Source: Psammoneis japonica (lineage: Eukaryota). Taken from it: DNA of 64,000 nucleotides. Shown here one piece after another: positions 21,860 to 35,347 of this stretch (the first letter of the stretch is position 1; each line of letters begins with the position of its first letter). A program made the translations under genes and the position numbers. The stretch covers positions 248,001 through 312,000 of the forward strand of contig QPGO01000081.1 of NCBI GenBank assembly GCA_008632985.1, in the 5' to 3' direction. The notes under the pieces were generated by a model that was given only the letters and a program-made list of their open reading frames with translations, did no database searches and had not been told where the DNA came from.

Positions 21860-22678
21860 CTAGCGTTCTTTCTTTCTCTTCCTTCTACTCTCGTTTTCCT
21901 CAACATATTCATAATCCGAATCATCATCGTCACTACGTTCCTCCTGAGCACTATGCTGAGCACTGTTTCGGTGCTCTTGGTGCTGTTTTTTGCGCTTCTT
22001 CTTTTGCTTGTTCTTGTTTTTCTGCTGCGTCTCATCGACGTATTCAAAATCATCATCGTCATCACTGTTCTGTCCGAGCCAATCGTTGTACAGTGCGTTG
22101 TTTCGATTAACCATTTCATTGACATTCTTAACCATCGTCTGGACGTGTTCTAGGCTAGTTCTGGCCGATCTGGAGGAGCAAATCACATCTCGGTTCGCCT
22201 GGACAAAGGTGAAGAAGGGATTGCAATACTGGTCGATTTGTTTCAGCTGTTCAGTCAAATGGCCGTAATCCAAATCGCTTTCGGGACAAGCCGTCTTTTG
22301 ACATTCCAGCGCGTGTTCGAGTTTTGGTACCAACGGGCTGGCCAAGGCCCAAAAAGCAGCCAAGGGATCTGACGTACTAGTTCTGGTTGATCCCGTCGCG
22401 ACAGAGGCCCCGGCTGGATGCTGATGTGTCTTATCCTCGGACGCCAACAAATCTCTCATCTTTTGCGCCGAGTGGACATGATCCAGGTTTGCCTTTTCAT
22501 CATCTTGCTGCTGCTGCTGCTGTTGTTGTTGTTTTTGTGCGATGGCGGCAGTGTTGTCTTGGATGGCCGAAATGCTTCGATTGTCCTCGCCGTTTTGTTG
22601 TTGCTCCTTCGGGACAGCCGGTGGTTGGATGTCGTCGAGCCCGGCGTACAAATCATCGCTGTCATCATCGGCGCTCAT
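21860..22678 (-). CDS. Hypothetical protein, 272 aa (acidic N-terminus, poly-Q, basic NLS-like tail)
   Basis: Intact ORF beginning MSADDDSDDLYAGLDD with normal codon content; no family recognised. Confidence 0.6.
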   Translation of the reverse strand: MSADDDSDDLYAGLDDIQPPAVPKEQQQNGEDNRSISAIQDNTAAIAQKQQQQQQQQQDDEKANLDHVHSAQKMRDLLASEDKTHQHPAGASVATGSTRTSTSDPLAAFWALASPLVPKLEHALECQKTACPESDLDYGHLTEQLKQIDQYCNPFFTFVQANRDVICSSRSARTSLEHVQTMVKNVNEMVNRNNALYNDWLGQNSDDDDDFEYVDETQQKNKNKQKKKRKKQHQEHRNSAQHSAQEERSDDDDSDYEYVEENESRRKRKKER

Positions 22679-23179
22679 GGTGATGGCTCACCATGATGTC
22701 ATCGTTTGCCCCTCGTGTTATTATGTTGTCTGCGTGCTAACAGTTTCACGTCAGCTGCGTTTACGTACGCGAGCTTGTTGCGTGGTTCGCGCCAATCCCC
22801 GACTAACGCAGTGTCAACGCAATGAAGCAAATCAACGCATGCCAACACTCTACTGTAGGAATCAAACTCTAGCTAGAAGTACTTGCGTTAGTTTTGGCGG
22901 GAAGATAATCTGATGAACGTTTATCTTGGTTTTGGCAAACCAAAGTCGAAATGCTGTAGGTGTAGTGAATCAAGATCTTGCCATTCCGAAAAGCTCTCCT
23001 CCTCTGAATTCACTGAATTTGTAAGGACTACCTGTGCTACTAGTAGTAGGAAACGCCCTTTCACCATGCACCAGTTCCTGTTCAGTACGACGAGAAAGGG
23101 GCAATGCACTGTCTGCCGGAAGTTAATTTTTAGTAAATTGGTTGCCATACTTTTTACTTCTGTAGGGAAATGATTCAGT

Positions 23180-26100
23180 TCAGTCCTCTTCTTCCTTCTT
23201 TTCTTCCTTGGCAGCGGGCTTGGGCTGGAACACGGCAAACTGAGGTGGGGCTACACTGCCCGCAGGCACCTTATTATTTGCTCCTACTGGTGGCATGCCG
23301 GGAAGACGCGCACTACCTGGGCCTCGGGCTGCCGTCGGTGTGCGTCTCGTGGGAGGTGCCATCATGGCAGCCAAGGGGTCATTATTTGCAGCAGCTGCTG
23401 GAGCCTTCTCTTGCTTTGGTTCAGCCGTATTGTTGTTCTTAGGCATGATTGGGGGTGGAGCAATAGGTTTGGCAACCTCGGCGGGATCTTCGCCGGGAAA
23501 TACCCAAACCTTCTTGTCCTCGTCAAAATAAGCCTGCATCCCTTCACCCAAATCAGCAGTTGTTGCTTCCGGATTGAGCCATTTTGTCATTTTGTTTCGA
23601 ATTCCAAAATCGAGACCCCAACTCCGGTTTCCTGTTAAGGATAGATAAACAAGCGTCAATGAGTAACAGACAGAAATCACGAATTTGCATCGCAAAACAT
23701 AAACGTCAATACTTACTCTTGTCAGGCGAAGATGCGTTTGCTTCTTGAACTCTAGCAGGCGCAGAGTTTGGAGCTGCACCGACTCCTGGTTTAAACGCTT
23801 TTGGTGCTGGTATTGCCGGTGCAGTGTCGACCTTTTTGGGTGGCATTTTGGCAACAGGTGTGTCTTTGGGTATCATGGGAACTTTTTCGGCTGTTGCTTC
23901 TGAAATCTTACTCTCCCCAATAGTCTTTAATTCTCTCGGGGGCTTGCCGTGTGCTGCTGGTTTCTTGTCGGCAATGGATGCACTTGTCATGTGTGACTTG
24001 GCTGAATGAAAGCTAGCATCTGGATCGTCTAGAGACTCGGCAGCTTTGTTGACTTTTGTCGACAGTGGAGAATCCTTGACGCTAAAAGAAGGTGCAACGG
24101 GTGAAGGTTTGTGTCCTTTGAACTCCGCCGTGGTCTTCTCTCCTACTCCCGTGGACTCCTTCGTCTTGTTTACTTTAACGAGAGGTGTAATCATCGTTGG
24201 CTTCTGTCCATTGAACTCCCTAGTCTTCTTCGCTAGTCCCTTGGGTGCGGTTGTCGTCTTTTTATCTGCGATTCTATCCGTGGGTGGCACCGCCGTTCGG
24301 AAGAGGGGATCTTTCAAAGGCTCTGGCGTATTCCGCTTCTCTTTGGCATCATCAACGGCACTGGGCAACACAATATGCGACCCTTGTTTGACGGGGAACG
24401 GAGTTGGAGACTTACTGAACGACAGGCGGTGATCAAACTCATCCAGAGCTGCTAGAAACGGCTCCTTGCACTCCACATACGCAAAACTCGTAGGAGTCGG
24501 CACATTACTTTGAACTTGTGTATCTCGGGCGCTAGCACACTGCCGAATACTCTGAATGTACGTGGCGGCCTTATCGTCGAGCCCAGTGTCAGCCAAGAGC
24601 ATGGCGTACTTGAGCTTGAATGGCTGAATGGCCTGAATTACAGCCTCAGGATTCCCTCGTCGTTTCGCCCATTCGTAAGCCTCAGTGCGTTCATAGCTAT
24701 CGATGCTTTCTCTAGACATGAGCGTCTTATTTCTAGGAAGCATGTGGTCAGCCCCCACCAGAGAAACTCTAGAGGATGCATTCAGAGAAGAGGTGACTGA
24801 ACACCCACACACCATGTAACAAAAGTGAGCGGCGTGGATGTCTCCCAGCAAAAGAAGCCGATCCCCAAGAGATAGAATGATTCTGTCCGCACCGTGAACG
24901 CGATTACTGATAATGCCGGCCAAGTGGTACCTCCAGGTGGCGAGGAGCTCCTCCGAGTTTCCATCCCAAAAAGACGGTTCGGCTCCGGTTCTATCCAATG
25001 TACTGTCGTCAGGAGGATGGAACTGACCAGCAAAGAGCATTGCAAGTGTATGAAGCGGGGATCCCGAACAAAGAACTTCTTCCGCAACCTTTCGCATTGT
25101 CTCCCGGAATGAGTCACCGTCACACACGCTCGAAATCATCAAAGCCATTGCGAAATTCTTACTAGCGACAGCTTCCTGCAGCGCCTCCTCTCTCATCCCC
25201 CAAAGTAACAGATCCTGAAGAGTGTCCAGTGAGGACGACGCTTCATCGCCTATTGACGAAACAGAACGGAGAAAGACAAATGAGTTGACGGATAGCGTTT
25301 GAAACCGTCTGTTTGTCTGTGGATCAGACTTACCATGTTTCATCAATGAGTGCCCATTCATGGCTTTCTTGTTTGCAGACGACGGTGCTTTCTGGCTTAA
25401 GCCCTCGTGAAGTAAGAGCTTCAATATAGACGACTCTGGACTACGTGGATCTGCTACTCCATCATCACTTCGACACCGGCCTCTGGACTTTGCAGCGACG
25501 AGAATGAGCTGCCAAAGAAGATCTCCTTTCGCTTTGCATTCAATGTGACGCAGAACAGCAGTACTTTCAGACGCGTTTAATGGACCGAAAACATTGGATT
25601 TTGTTTTCTCCTTCTCGATTACAGCAACCATGTCGTTCGGGATCACTGCACAAGTTCGATGTACTGCAACTATGTTTCCTTCCTTCTTCTTCTTCTTCCG
25701 CCCCTTGCCTATTCGTACAACACAAAGTCTTCCGCCAAAGCCAAAGGTAGCAACTGCGTGCCCGGAACGTTCAGATGATCTCGAAGATTTAGAAGCAGCC
25801 GTAGTGTCAGCATCTGTGACTTGATCTGCTGGAGAACTTTGATCGCTCCCAGTTCCCGTATCACTTTGTCCGGCAACACTTTCTGCATAAGGCTTTTCCC
25901 ACGTTGTGTAGTTATCCGTTTCTCGCAAAAAGTATGCATTCCCTGAAGATGGATCCACCAACTCGACCCACCCAGGTGGCAGTGGTGAAGTAGCGGACTC
26001 CTTGGTCGCATTTGGTTCTTCTGACGGCTCGGCTGCGGTGTCGGCTTCAGTGAAGCTCTCCCTACTAGGGGTGTCTACAGTATTCCGAACGCGTTTGTCT

Positions 26101-29100
26101 TCGTTCACACCCCCCTTCACCTTATCCGGCGCATCGCTTCCAACACCAGCATCTTCGGGCGGACCAGCTTCAGTGATGGCAGGCTTTTGCTTGGAAACGG
26201 GTCTTTCCCAGGATGTGATGTTGTCTGCTTCGTGAAAGTAGTATGGGCTATCTGAAGATGGATCAATCAACTCAACCCATCCTGGAGGCAACGACGACGA
26301 TGTTCGGGTTTCCGTTGCTTGCCGCTTGTCGACTTCTTCTCCGCGTGAAGAGTCGTGCTCGGGCTCATTTTGCCCTTTGCTAACCGTTTCCGCCGCAAGG
26401 GATTCATCGTGTTGCGGCTTCGAAGATGTGGGGGGCATGTCTTCTGCAACCGTCTCGTCTCCGATGATTTCATCTGTCGCTACTTGTGCAGTCTCGGGTT
26501 GGTCGATAGAGGGACGTTCCCAGGTGGTATAGCCGTCTTCTTCTCGTTCGTAGTATGGATTTCCAGTGTCGGGATCAACAAGCTCCAGCCAACCCGGAGG
26601 AAGTTCGGACTTCTTCTCCTGGAGAGCCGCCCTATCGTCTGCCGTTGATTTTCCCAAGCCTTCGACTTCGGGGGTTGGTTTTGACTCTTTGTCGATATTA
26701 ACAGCATCTGAAACGTCGTCGCCATTATCAACTGACAGATGTGGTTCTTCGGTGGGGGTGTCTCTCGCATTTTTTGAAACCGGTCTGTCCCATGTGGACA
26801 GATTAGCGGCCTCGTTCAAATAGTAAGGCCTTCCGGAAGCTGGATCCGCTAATTCAACCCAACCCTCGGGAAGCGGCGGGGGCTCCTCTTCTTCAGGCGA
26901 GACAGTTCGTTCAAGCTCTGGCTTCTCTTCCTCTTCGGATTTGTCGTCGATCGCAACCGTATGAGTAAGAATCTTGTCCTGCCCGACACCTTCTATTGTT
27001 TCCTTGGAGATACCGTCAGAGGCATCGCCTTCTGCAGATGATTCTTTGTCACTAAGCTCTACTTCATCAACTTTATCGGGCTGCTCACTGCTCAGAAATT
27101 TTGTGTCAGCTCCCATAGACGTTTCGTCCTTGGAGCCAAGAATGGGTCGTTCCCATGAGGTAATGTTTTCAGCTTCACAAACGTAGTACGGTTTTCCAGA
27201 TGCATCATCTACCAACTCAACCCAACCATCAGGCAGTGCCTTCAAAGTCTCTTCTTCACCTTCGGCGTCATCATTCGTACTAGCCCCGTTTTCGGTTTCT
27301 GCATCTTTTGGCTCAAATGGACCAGCCTCGCCTTCCACAGGAGGAATCTCATCGTCTGCGTTGTTGCTGTCTGGAACGACGGGTCTCTCCCAGGTTGTAA
27401 TATTTTCGGCTTCATTCATGTAATACGGCTTGCCAGATGACGGATCGACTACCTCCACCCAGCCAGGAGGCAAGGACTTCTCAGCCTCTGTCGCTGCATC
27501 TTCAGCGACGGCGTCATCTTCAGCTTGCGGCGTATCAGCGACGGCGTCGTCTTCAGCTTGCGGCGTGTCACTATCTTGAGCTTGCTGATCAACCTCAATT
27601 TCATCTGTCTCTTCCGCTGCATTATCTGTTGCTACTTCAATGCCTTCCTCTGGGGTTGAAACACCCTCTGAACCATGCTCTTCTGGAGTCGGCCTATCCC
27701 ATGTCGTAGTATTCTCCAACTCATTAACGTAATATGGGTTGCCAGAAGAAGGATCGATACATTCGACCCATCCCGGAGGCAGAGCACCTTCGTCTTCCGA
27801 CTCCTTTTCTGGCGTAATGGCATCGTCCATCACGGGGCCGTCGATTTTGGCCATACTTTCGTCGTCAACCTCGTCGACGTGAGTTTCGGGAGCATCTTCC
27901 GTCTCTGTCGGGCTGTCGATTGCTTGCTCACCGTCCATCATGTCAGAGGCCGCATCTCCATCATCGATTGGAGGCACCGCATCCTCTTCAGCACTAGTCG
28001 CCTCTTGTGATGGTCTTTCCCAAGTGGTAATATTCTCGGCCTCATTCATATAATAAGGATTCCCCGATGAAGGATCAATGCATTCAATCCAACCAGCAGG
28101 TAATGGTGCGTCGCCCGTCATCTCTGCCACCATGCCTTCGTCGTCCACGACAGGAGCTTCGCTATTTAAATTTAGTTCTTCTTCCACCTCGTGAACTTGA
28201 GACTCGGGAGCGTCATTTAACTCCGTCGCTCCAACGTCTGAGATCTCGCCTGCCAAAGAGTCTGGCTCCCCGACGCCTTCCTCGGGAGGAGAAGCGTCCT
28301 TAGTACCTTCCTCTGTCGGGATTGCATCCTCATCGGTATTAGTCTCCACTGGAGCTGGTGGTCTATCCCAGGTTGTAATATTCTCTGCTTCATTCATATA
28401 GTACGGATTTCCGGATGTCGGGTCCACGCATTCAACCCAACCAGGAGGCAACGGGACGACGTGCTCTTCTGGTTCTGTCGGAGTGTCATCGTCGGTCTCT
28501 TGAGTGTGGCCGTCATCCGCCTGGTAAACTTGAGACTCGGGAACGTCCTCTGAATCTGCCATTTCGTCAATTGGCCCCTCGTCTGCCTTTTCAGTAACGT
28601 CCTCTGGAGATTGAGACGCACGCTCGTCAGCACTCTCTACTGAAGCGGGTCTATCCCAAGTGGTGATGTTATCAGCCTCATTCATATAATACGGATTTCC
28701 AGATGACGGATCAATGCATTCAATCCAACCAGGAGGCAAAGGCGCTCCCTCTCCTGTCTCTGCCGCAATGCCATCGACGGCCGGAGCGTCAACTGTTTGC
28801 ATTTGCTCATCGTCCATAGTTGCGAGTACATCCTGAGCGCCATTGAGTGCTTTATCAATCGCCATAGCGTCCGATTCGCCATTGCCTTCCACAAGAGAGA
28901 TAGTAACCTTGGTACCTTCTTCCTCTGGAGTTGGAGAAGCATTGTCCTCGTCATCGCGATCGGGTCTATCCCAAGTGGTAATATTCTCTGCCTCGTTCAT
29001 ATAATACGGACTTCCAGATGACAGATCAATGCATTCAATCCATCCGGGTGGCAAAGGTGCTTCGTTTTCTGTCTCTAGTGCCGCGATACCTTTGTCGTCG

Positions 29101-32012
29101 GGAGCGTCGACCGCTTGCATTTCCTCATTGCTCGCCACCTGAGAATCGGGAGCGTCCCTTGGTTCTGTCACTTGATCCATTGTACCCATTTCATTGGGGG
29201 TGTCTGCCTGTTCATCAATAACAGCTTCTGGAGAGAAAGCATCCTCGTCTGCATTTTCTAGTGGAGCAGGTCTATCCCAGGTGGTAATGTTCTCAGTCTC
29301 GTTTACATAATATGGGTCTCCGGACGAGGGATCCACACATTCCATCCAACCAGGAGGCAAAGGAGGTGGCGTTGCATCGTTTTTCTCTCCCTCTATACCC
29401 TCAACGTCCACCACGGGAGATGATGATTCCATCTGCGCATCTACATCATAAAGTTGAGACTCGGGCGGTGCATCCGTCGCTCCATCGACTGCATTCTCAT
29501 CGTCCTCCAAAGACTCCTCTACCTTGTCCTCAGAAGGAGCAAAAGCATTTTCCTCCTCTTCAATATCGTTTTCTGGAGAAGCATCCTCATTATTATTTGC
29601 ACTCATTGGTCGCTCCCATGTGGTGATATTTTCGAATTCATTCGTATAATATGTGTTTCCAGAAGCAGGATCAATACATTCCATCCAACCAGGAGGTAAA
29701 GGAGGTGGCTGCTGTGCACCGTTGCCCTCGGCGTCTACTATTTCTTCAATTTCTTGTTCCTTTTCCATCTCGGGTGCATTCTGTTCAAGAGTCACTTCTT
29801 GCTCTGCTGGAGCAGCAGTACCGTCCATCTCCACTGGTCGATCCCACGTGCTAATGTTTTTCGCCTCGTTTCGAAAATACAATTTTCCACTAGCCTCATC
29901 GACACATTCTACCCAACCATCAGGAGGCAAGGGTGCGTTTTTCGTTTCTTGCAACAAGGTTTCATCCTCGGGCGCATTCGCGGTTTCTTGCACATTTTCG
30001 TCCTCTGTACGAGATTCTTTCTCGCGAGCCATGGATGATTCTTCATGCTGCTGCTGCTCAAGAGTTGCACGACTCGACTCGTTGTGTTTATCCACAGTAG
30101 CTTCTTGGACCGGCTCATCGTCGTTTCCATTTACAGCACTTGTTGTTGGTTTAGTATCCCAAGTCGTTTCTGCTTCCAAACCTTCTTCTTCTTCCCAATC
30201 ACTCGACATTCGTGTTGTTTCTTTTTTTGCGTGATTATCCATAATGGTCGTTTCCTCGGGTGCACTACTATTGCTTTGCTGTTGTTGTTGTTGGGGCAAC
30301 TCGTCTTCGGGACACGATGATTCTGTTGTGACTGGAATTGCTGGTGGTGCTTTTGGAATTGCATCATTGCTTCGTAATGGTGATGATGATTTGAAAAAGG
30401 ATCCATCATGTGACGACAGGGGCGATGCATTCTGCAACGTTGCCTTGGAAGTGCCAGCATTGGTCGGTGTTGTTGGAATGTGTACCGACGTGGGTGGACG
30501 TTTGAATCGACGACTACTGGGGTAGGTCGTCGATCGCTTGTGACTGCCACTACCATGACTACTACCCAAACTTGTCACGGAAGATGCTGCAGCGGGTGGT
30601 GGCAAGGGAAGAGGACGAGCAAAACGAGCATGATGATGCTTGCGATGTCCACCGCCTGTGGGTGGTAATTCCAAATGCAATCGTCCTTTGGAATGAATCG
30701 TAGTAGTACTCTTGGCGGCTGATGTTGGCGCTTGTTTAGCAACACTTTTCTGTGGCGTATCCACACCCACACGACTACTCGTTGTCGCATCCGACAGCAT
30801 CGAATCATCTGGTAGTGGTGCCGTGCTGCCTGATTTCTTGTGATATAGACTCGATGCAGCCGACATGGCATCCTCGGTTATTGGTGGATCCGGTTTTGCT
30901 GCATGATGCGTGGGTGTCGGTGGTTCCGCAAACAAACTAGCCGCATCGTCCTTGTCGTTTAGTGTCGTGTCAATGGGTGGCGGCGGTGGTGACACGGGAG
31001 GCAAGTCGTCGTCTTCAAACAAAGCGGACGCTGATCCGCTTCGAGGAAACACGGGTGGTGGTGCCGGTACGGTTTTCATTACGACTGGCGGAGCAGCATT
31101 CTCGGCCAAACCATCACTCCTGCTAAACAAAGCGGGTGCTGCTGGTCTTGCTTCCAAGGGAGCTTGTGCAGCCGGTGGTACTACAGGTGGCGGTGGTACA
31201 ACAGGTGCAGGTACTGCTTTGGGAGATGCAGAATCAAACAAACTTGCTGCTGCAGTCGAACCATCCATGGGATTCATAACTACTGGAGATGCCTCTTTGG
31301 GAGAAAACGCGACAGGCGGTGGTGGAGGTACTGCAGCAGCAGTAGCTCTGGGAGACGTTTCAAACAAACTTGCCGCTGAAGCTGTAGTAGTAGAACCATT
31401 GGGAGGAATGACTGGAGATGCATTTTTGGGAGAAAACGTCTCGTTAGTAGCCTGCACAGCAGCAGCTGGTGACTGTTCAAACAGACTTGCAGCAGAACCA
31501 TCGTAACTAGGTACTGTAGCGATTGGTGGTGGAGCTGTCGAAACGGTTGGTACATTTCCTGCGGCTGATGATGGTGTCGAATCATCAAACAGACTTGACG
31601 CAGAACCATCGTGGCTTGGAACAACAGGCGGAACGTTGCTGTTATTGTTTGCAGCTGGCGGTGCCCCCTCAAAGAGACTTGCCGCAGGTGGAGGAGCCAT
31701 GGAGGATGTATGATGATTGTTTACCAACGGCGGTGGTGGTGGTGGTGGTGCACCAAACAAGGATGCAGCAGCAGTAGAGCTGTTCTGTTGTTTGTTATTC
31801 TTGTGTACCTCGGGACTGGTGGAGGGTGTATCCAAATTTACCGTGGGCGGCTGCATGTTAGTATTGCGTGTTGTTGATGTTTGTGGAAAGAGTGCTGACG
31901 CGACACCCGATACCATGTTGACTGCCGATGTTAGAGAGCCTGTAAACTTTTCGTCGTCATCATCCTCGTCAAACGACGACGGAGGAGGCGGAGGCGCCAT
32001 GGTGGACCACAT
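23180..32012 (-). CDS. SEC16: Sec16-like COPII/ER-exit-site scaffold with 14 WW domains; introns 25250-25333 and 23632-23716
   Basis: FGFGGRL, LLWGMREEAL..A..NFAMALMIS, WRYHLA.IISN, LGDRL..AAHFCY, RTEAYEW, KLKYAMLLAD (Sec16 core); C-terminal ADLGE..AYFDE.KKVWV; two GTAAGT..AG introns splice in frame. Confidence 0.85.
25890..29930 (-). repeat. Array of 14 WW domains separated by acidic linkers
   Basis: LPPGW.E..DP.SG.PYY.NE..NITTW(D/E)RP counted 14 times in the translation. Confidence 0.95.
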
Positions 32013-33469
32013 GATTTTGGGTTGTTGTGTGTGAGGTATTTTGCGAATGCCAGTTTCTACGCAGAACTTGTACGGAGATGTACGTACGTGCAGACATTAC
32101 ACAGTCTTTCAAGATCGATGGGCTGTTGACGTGCGAGGTCTGCGCTCCTTAAAACATTATTCCACGTGGATGCTTGTCGTCGAATACAGTATGTTTGGTC
32201 TACGTAGAATTCTACGAAAAGATCGTATCGAGCGAAAGCTGAGTCGCGCGGAGACGAAACTGCGAGAGTTTTTGCACTCTCGGCTCTCGGTCAGTCCCGC
32301 ATTCCGCATTCCACAACTAAAACCCAACAAACAAACAACAACAACAACAAAAACAACAACACCAATATAGCAACTCTCTTTGTTACACAAATCATATACA
32401 GTAACATGAAGATATTATCAGCCATTCAACACTTTTTCATTTCCTTGTGGACGGGAGAGAGTGCGGATTCACGAATCGAAAAGGAAACATGGAATGAATT
32501 TCATCATAAAAATGAGGTGAAACAAACAAGACAACAATACTAGTAGTTGTGAAAGAACGAGAGAGCGAAAGATAGCAAGAGATATCAAAATGGAAGTTGC
32601 ATTTTCTCTTATTTCAAGAGAGATTGGAGATACATTTTTTAATAGACAAGGTGTGTGTGTTGCCTTCTTTCGAAGCTTTCTCATTTTCTCCCTGTATCGC
32701 TCCTGACGCATTGTTTTATTTTTTGCAGTTTCTAATTCTAATAGAACAGAAACAACCGCGAAAGGCATTCACTTTAAGTTGCAGTCTCGCTTTTTTCGCT
32801 CTGCGTTGTTAAGAATAGGTGTGCAGAAAGACAGTGGGCCGCTGCTCTTTTGTATTTTATGAAACTAGAAGAAAAAGCATGAGAATGCTGTGTACAAACG
32901 ACTCTTCAACAAACTCGAGGATAACCAATAATGTAAACGAGCCATCCACATGAATTTACATAATGGGCAGCACGTGGATGGACAGTTCAACTGAAACGGT
33001 TGTTTTAGAAAAACATTGCAGGACTTGGCATGCCGCCGTCGGTCTGCTGGTGTATTGGTTGGACAAAAGAGATGGTTTGAACCTCCTACAAAGCTTCCAA
33101 GACAGAGAGCGAACGACTTGAGTGGTATCGAAATCTACCATGAAAATGACGACATTGTGAATAAAGATCCAGCAGGATTTTTTCAGAGTCTTGGCCACTC
33201 GCAAGGTGGGGTCTGCTCTAGAGCTGTTTGTTTCAAAAAAATCTAGCTCAGGTGGGAATCAGAGAATTCAAAAACCAAGCCACGTTTGTTTGGGGTCAGC
33301 AATTGATGTTTCAACTAGGTCCTCCTGGCGTGTGTGACTCAGCTTTTCCTTGCGAAGCGAATCCGAAAAGTCTTCAGGACAGAGACACAGTCGGTGTCTC
33401 TCTCCAAACCAAAATTCCGCATCACTTTCTTGCACCCGTCATGTTCCCGCCTCTGCTAAATACTAGAGC

Positions 33470-33685
33470 TAGATAGCCACCGGCAGAGCTCTAAGGCTGC
33501 TCTCTCTCTCCCTCCTTCTAGTGGCTGCTCTCTACAGTGCCGATAGCGAGAGTACCCACTCTGGCCAGGTAGCCCTCTCTCTCTCTCTCTCTCTCTCTGC
33601 TGTATAGGTTAGGGAAACTACCTAGCTAGTAGTACGCGCGCGTGAGGAGTTCACGTAGCTAGCTACTAGCTACCTACCGTAAGAC
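33470..33685. repeat. CTAG/TAGC-rich low-complexity patch with a (CT)n microsatellite
   Basis: ctagctagtagtac, gtagctagctactagctacc; CT run at about 33574-33598. Confidence 0.7.
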
Positions 33686-33929
33686 TGAGGGGAAGGTTTG
33701 TGACGACCGGCGATTAAAATTCCAAAAATTGATTCATGTACAAAGAAATTAATAATTGAATTACAAATAAATTTTATTGATACAAAAGACGTTGTGTAGG
33801 TTCATACTGTGTCTCTACACACATTTTATTTAACGAGTCCGCGACCCAAAGTGATACCCGGTACTATGGAATTTTGAAATTTTTTGAGTTTTTCTCGTCA
33901 CACTCTCCTCACTTTTTTCTTCCTCCATC

Positions 33930-34828
33930 ATGGCGAGGTTCACCGCTGTAGCGATTCTGGCGGTGCTTTGCACCTTGAGTCATGGTGCTGAGATCTTTGA
34001 GAACTTCTTGTCCCCTAAAGAGTGCGAGAAGCTCTTAACGGGTCCCATTTCGGAGCTCTACAAGGAAAACCAAGACACGGACGGCCCAATGTTGTTTTAT
34101 GAGCTTGACGACAACGACGCGAGCATTCAACAACGCGTGGGTCAAGCCATGTCGCTGCTCGCCGTGAGCTCTACCTGTAATGAGGGAAACTTTTTGGGTG
34201 TTGCAAGGGACTCTCGGTGGTAGTTTCGTCCGTGACTAGTTCGGTATCCATCGAAACAACGAATATCCCCTCGATGATGAGTGTCCCCGTGTTGCGTTTG
34301 TTTGCCTTGAAGACAGTAATGATGCCTATCTTGTTGATGGTGATCAAGTCAGTGGAATTAAACAGGGCCAACTAGTCATTGCAAATAGCGTGACTGTCAT
34401 TATTGACACGCATTCGAAAAGCCCTGTCCATCTACTGGGACCTTTTGATGTCGATGTTTCCCGATCGTTCAGAGAGAGTTAAAAAAATGGCGGTGGTGGA
34501 AAGGTGGAAAAGGTGGAAATCGGCTCTCTTGGACGAAACCTGCTCCAAGGCCAGCTCCGTGGAAAGGTGGAAAAGGTGGAAATCGGCTCTCTTGGACAAA
34601 ACCTGCTCCCAAGCCAGCTCTAAGCCTGCTCCCAAGCCAGCTCAAAAGCCGAAGCCTTTTCCCAAACCAGCTGCCAAGCCCGCCCCCAAACCCGCCTCGC
34701 ATCCTGGACCCAGCAAAGGAAAACGCAAACGGGTGAAAAAATATGGCAAAGGGAAATACGGCAAGAAATACGGCAAATGGAAGGGGGGTAAAAAAGGCGG
34801 CTGGTGGTACAGGGAATACCTCGTCTAA
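33930..34828 (+). CDS. Secreted protein: 2OG-Fe(II)/P4H-like domain plus Lys/Gly/Pro-rich tail (frameshifted; assembly error or pseudogene)
   Basis: Signal peptide and IFENFLSPKECEKL; a second frame gives RVAFVCL..KQGQLVI..VHLLGPFD; tail KPAPKPA..KKYGKGKYGKKYGKWKGGKKGGWWY; 63-bp tandem repeat at 34496/34559. Confidence 0.55.
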
Positions 34829-35347
34829 GGTTGGAGGCCTTTATGTGGTGTTCTTTGGCTGTTGTACGTTTGTTACATAGTTGGTATTCAAGTTAGTAGC
34901 TCTAATATTAGCTGATATAGTTTGTGTGACAATCTTAAAACTGGTACGTCCCCGTCTTATTGGAAGTCTCGACCACTAGAGTGAAGGGGTGGGGAATATA
35001 CTCGACTAAAAAATGGCATGAATGAGCCGTTGAAGCGAGTTGCTTGTGATCGATTATCCAGGGCTATAAGGTAGGTAGTCATTTAGGAGGTGGGAAGAAG
35101 AGGTGGAGTCTTTGGCTCTGGTGGTAAGGTTTGTAGTAAACAGGAGGCTTCTGAAACTCATCAGGTTGAAACTCCTACGCGTCGGTAGTTCTATAGAAAA
35201 TAAAGAAGGTGATGGAATTGATGCGTTACTGACATAAGAAGCTCGTTACCATAGTATACAAACAGAGACTTCATAAACAACTACCTCGTGTAGTCTTTTT
35301 TAGATCCAGCGGAATGAGTAGGGCCCTACCAAACATATGGACATAGT

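Noticed and set aside
25890..29930. Regularly spaced repeats as a CRISPR-like array
   Set aside because: They are in-frame WW-coding repeats with synonymous variation in a eukaryotic gene.
32400..33470. Short ORFs upstream of SEC16
   Set aside because: No motif or splice support.
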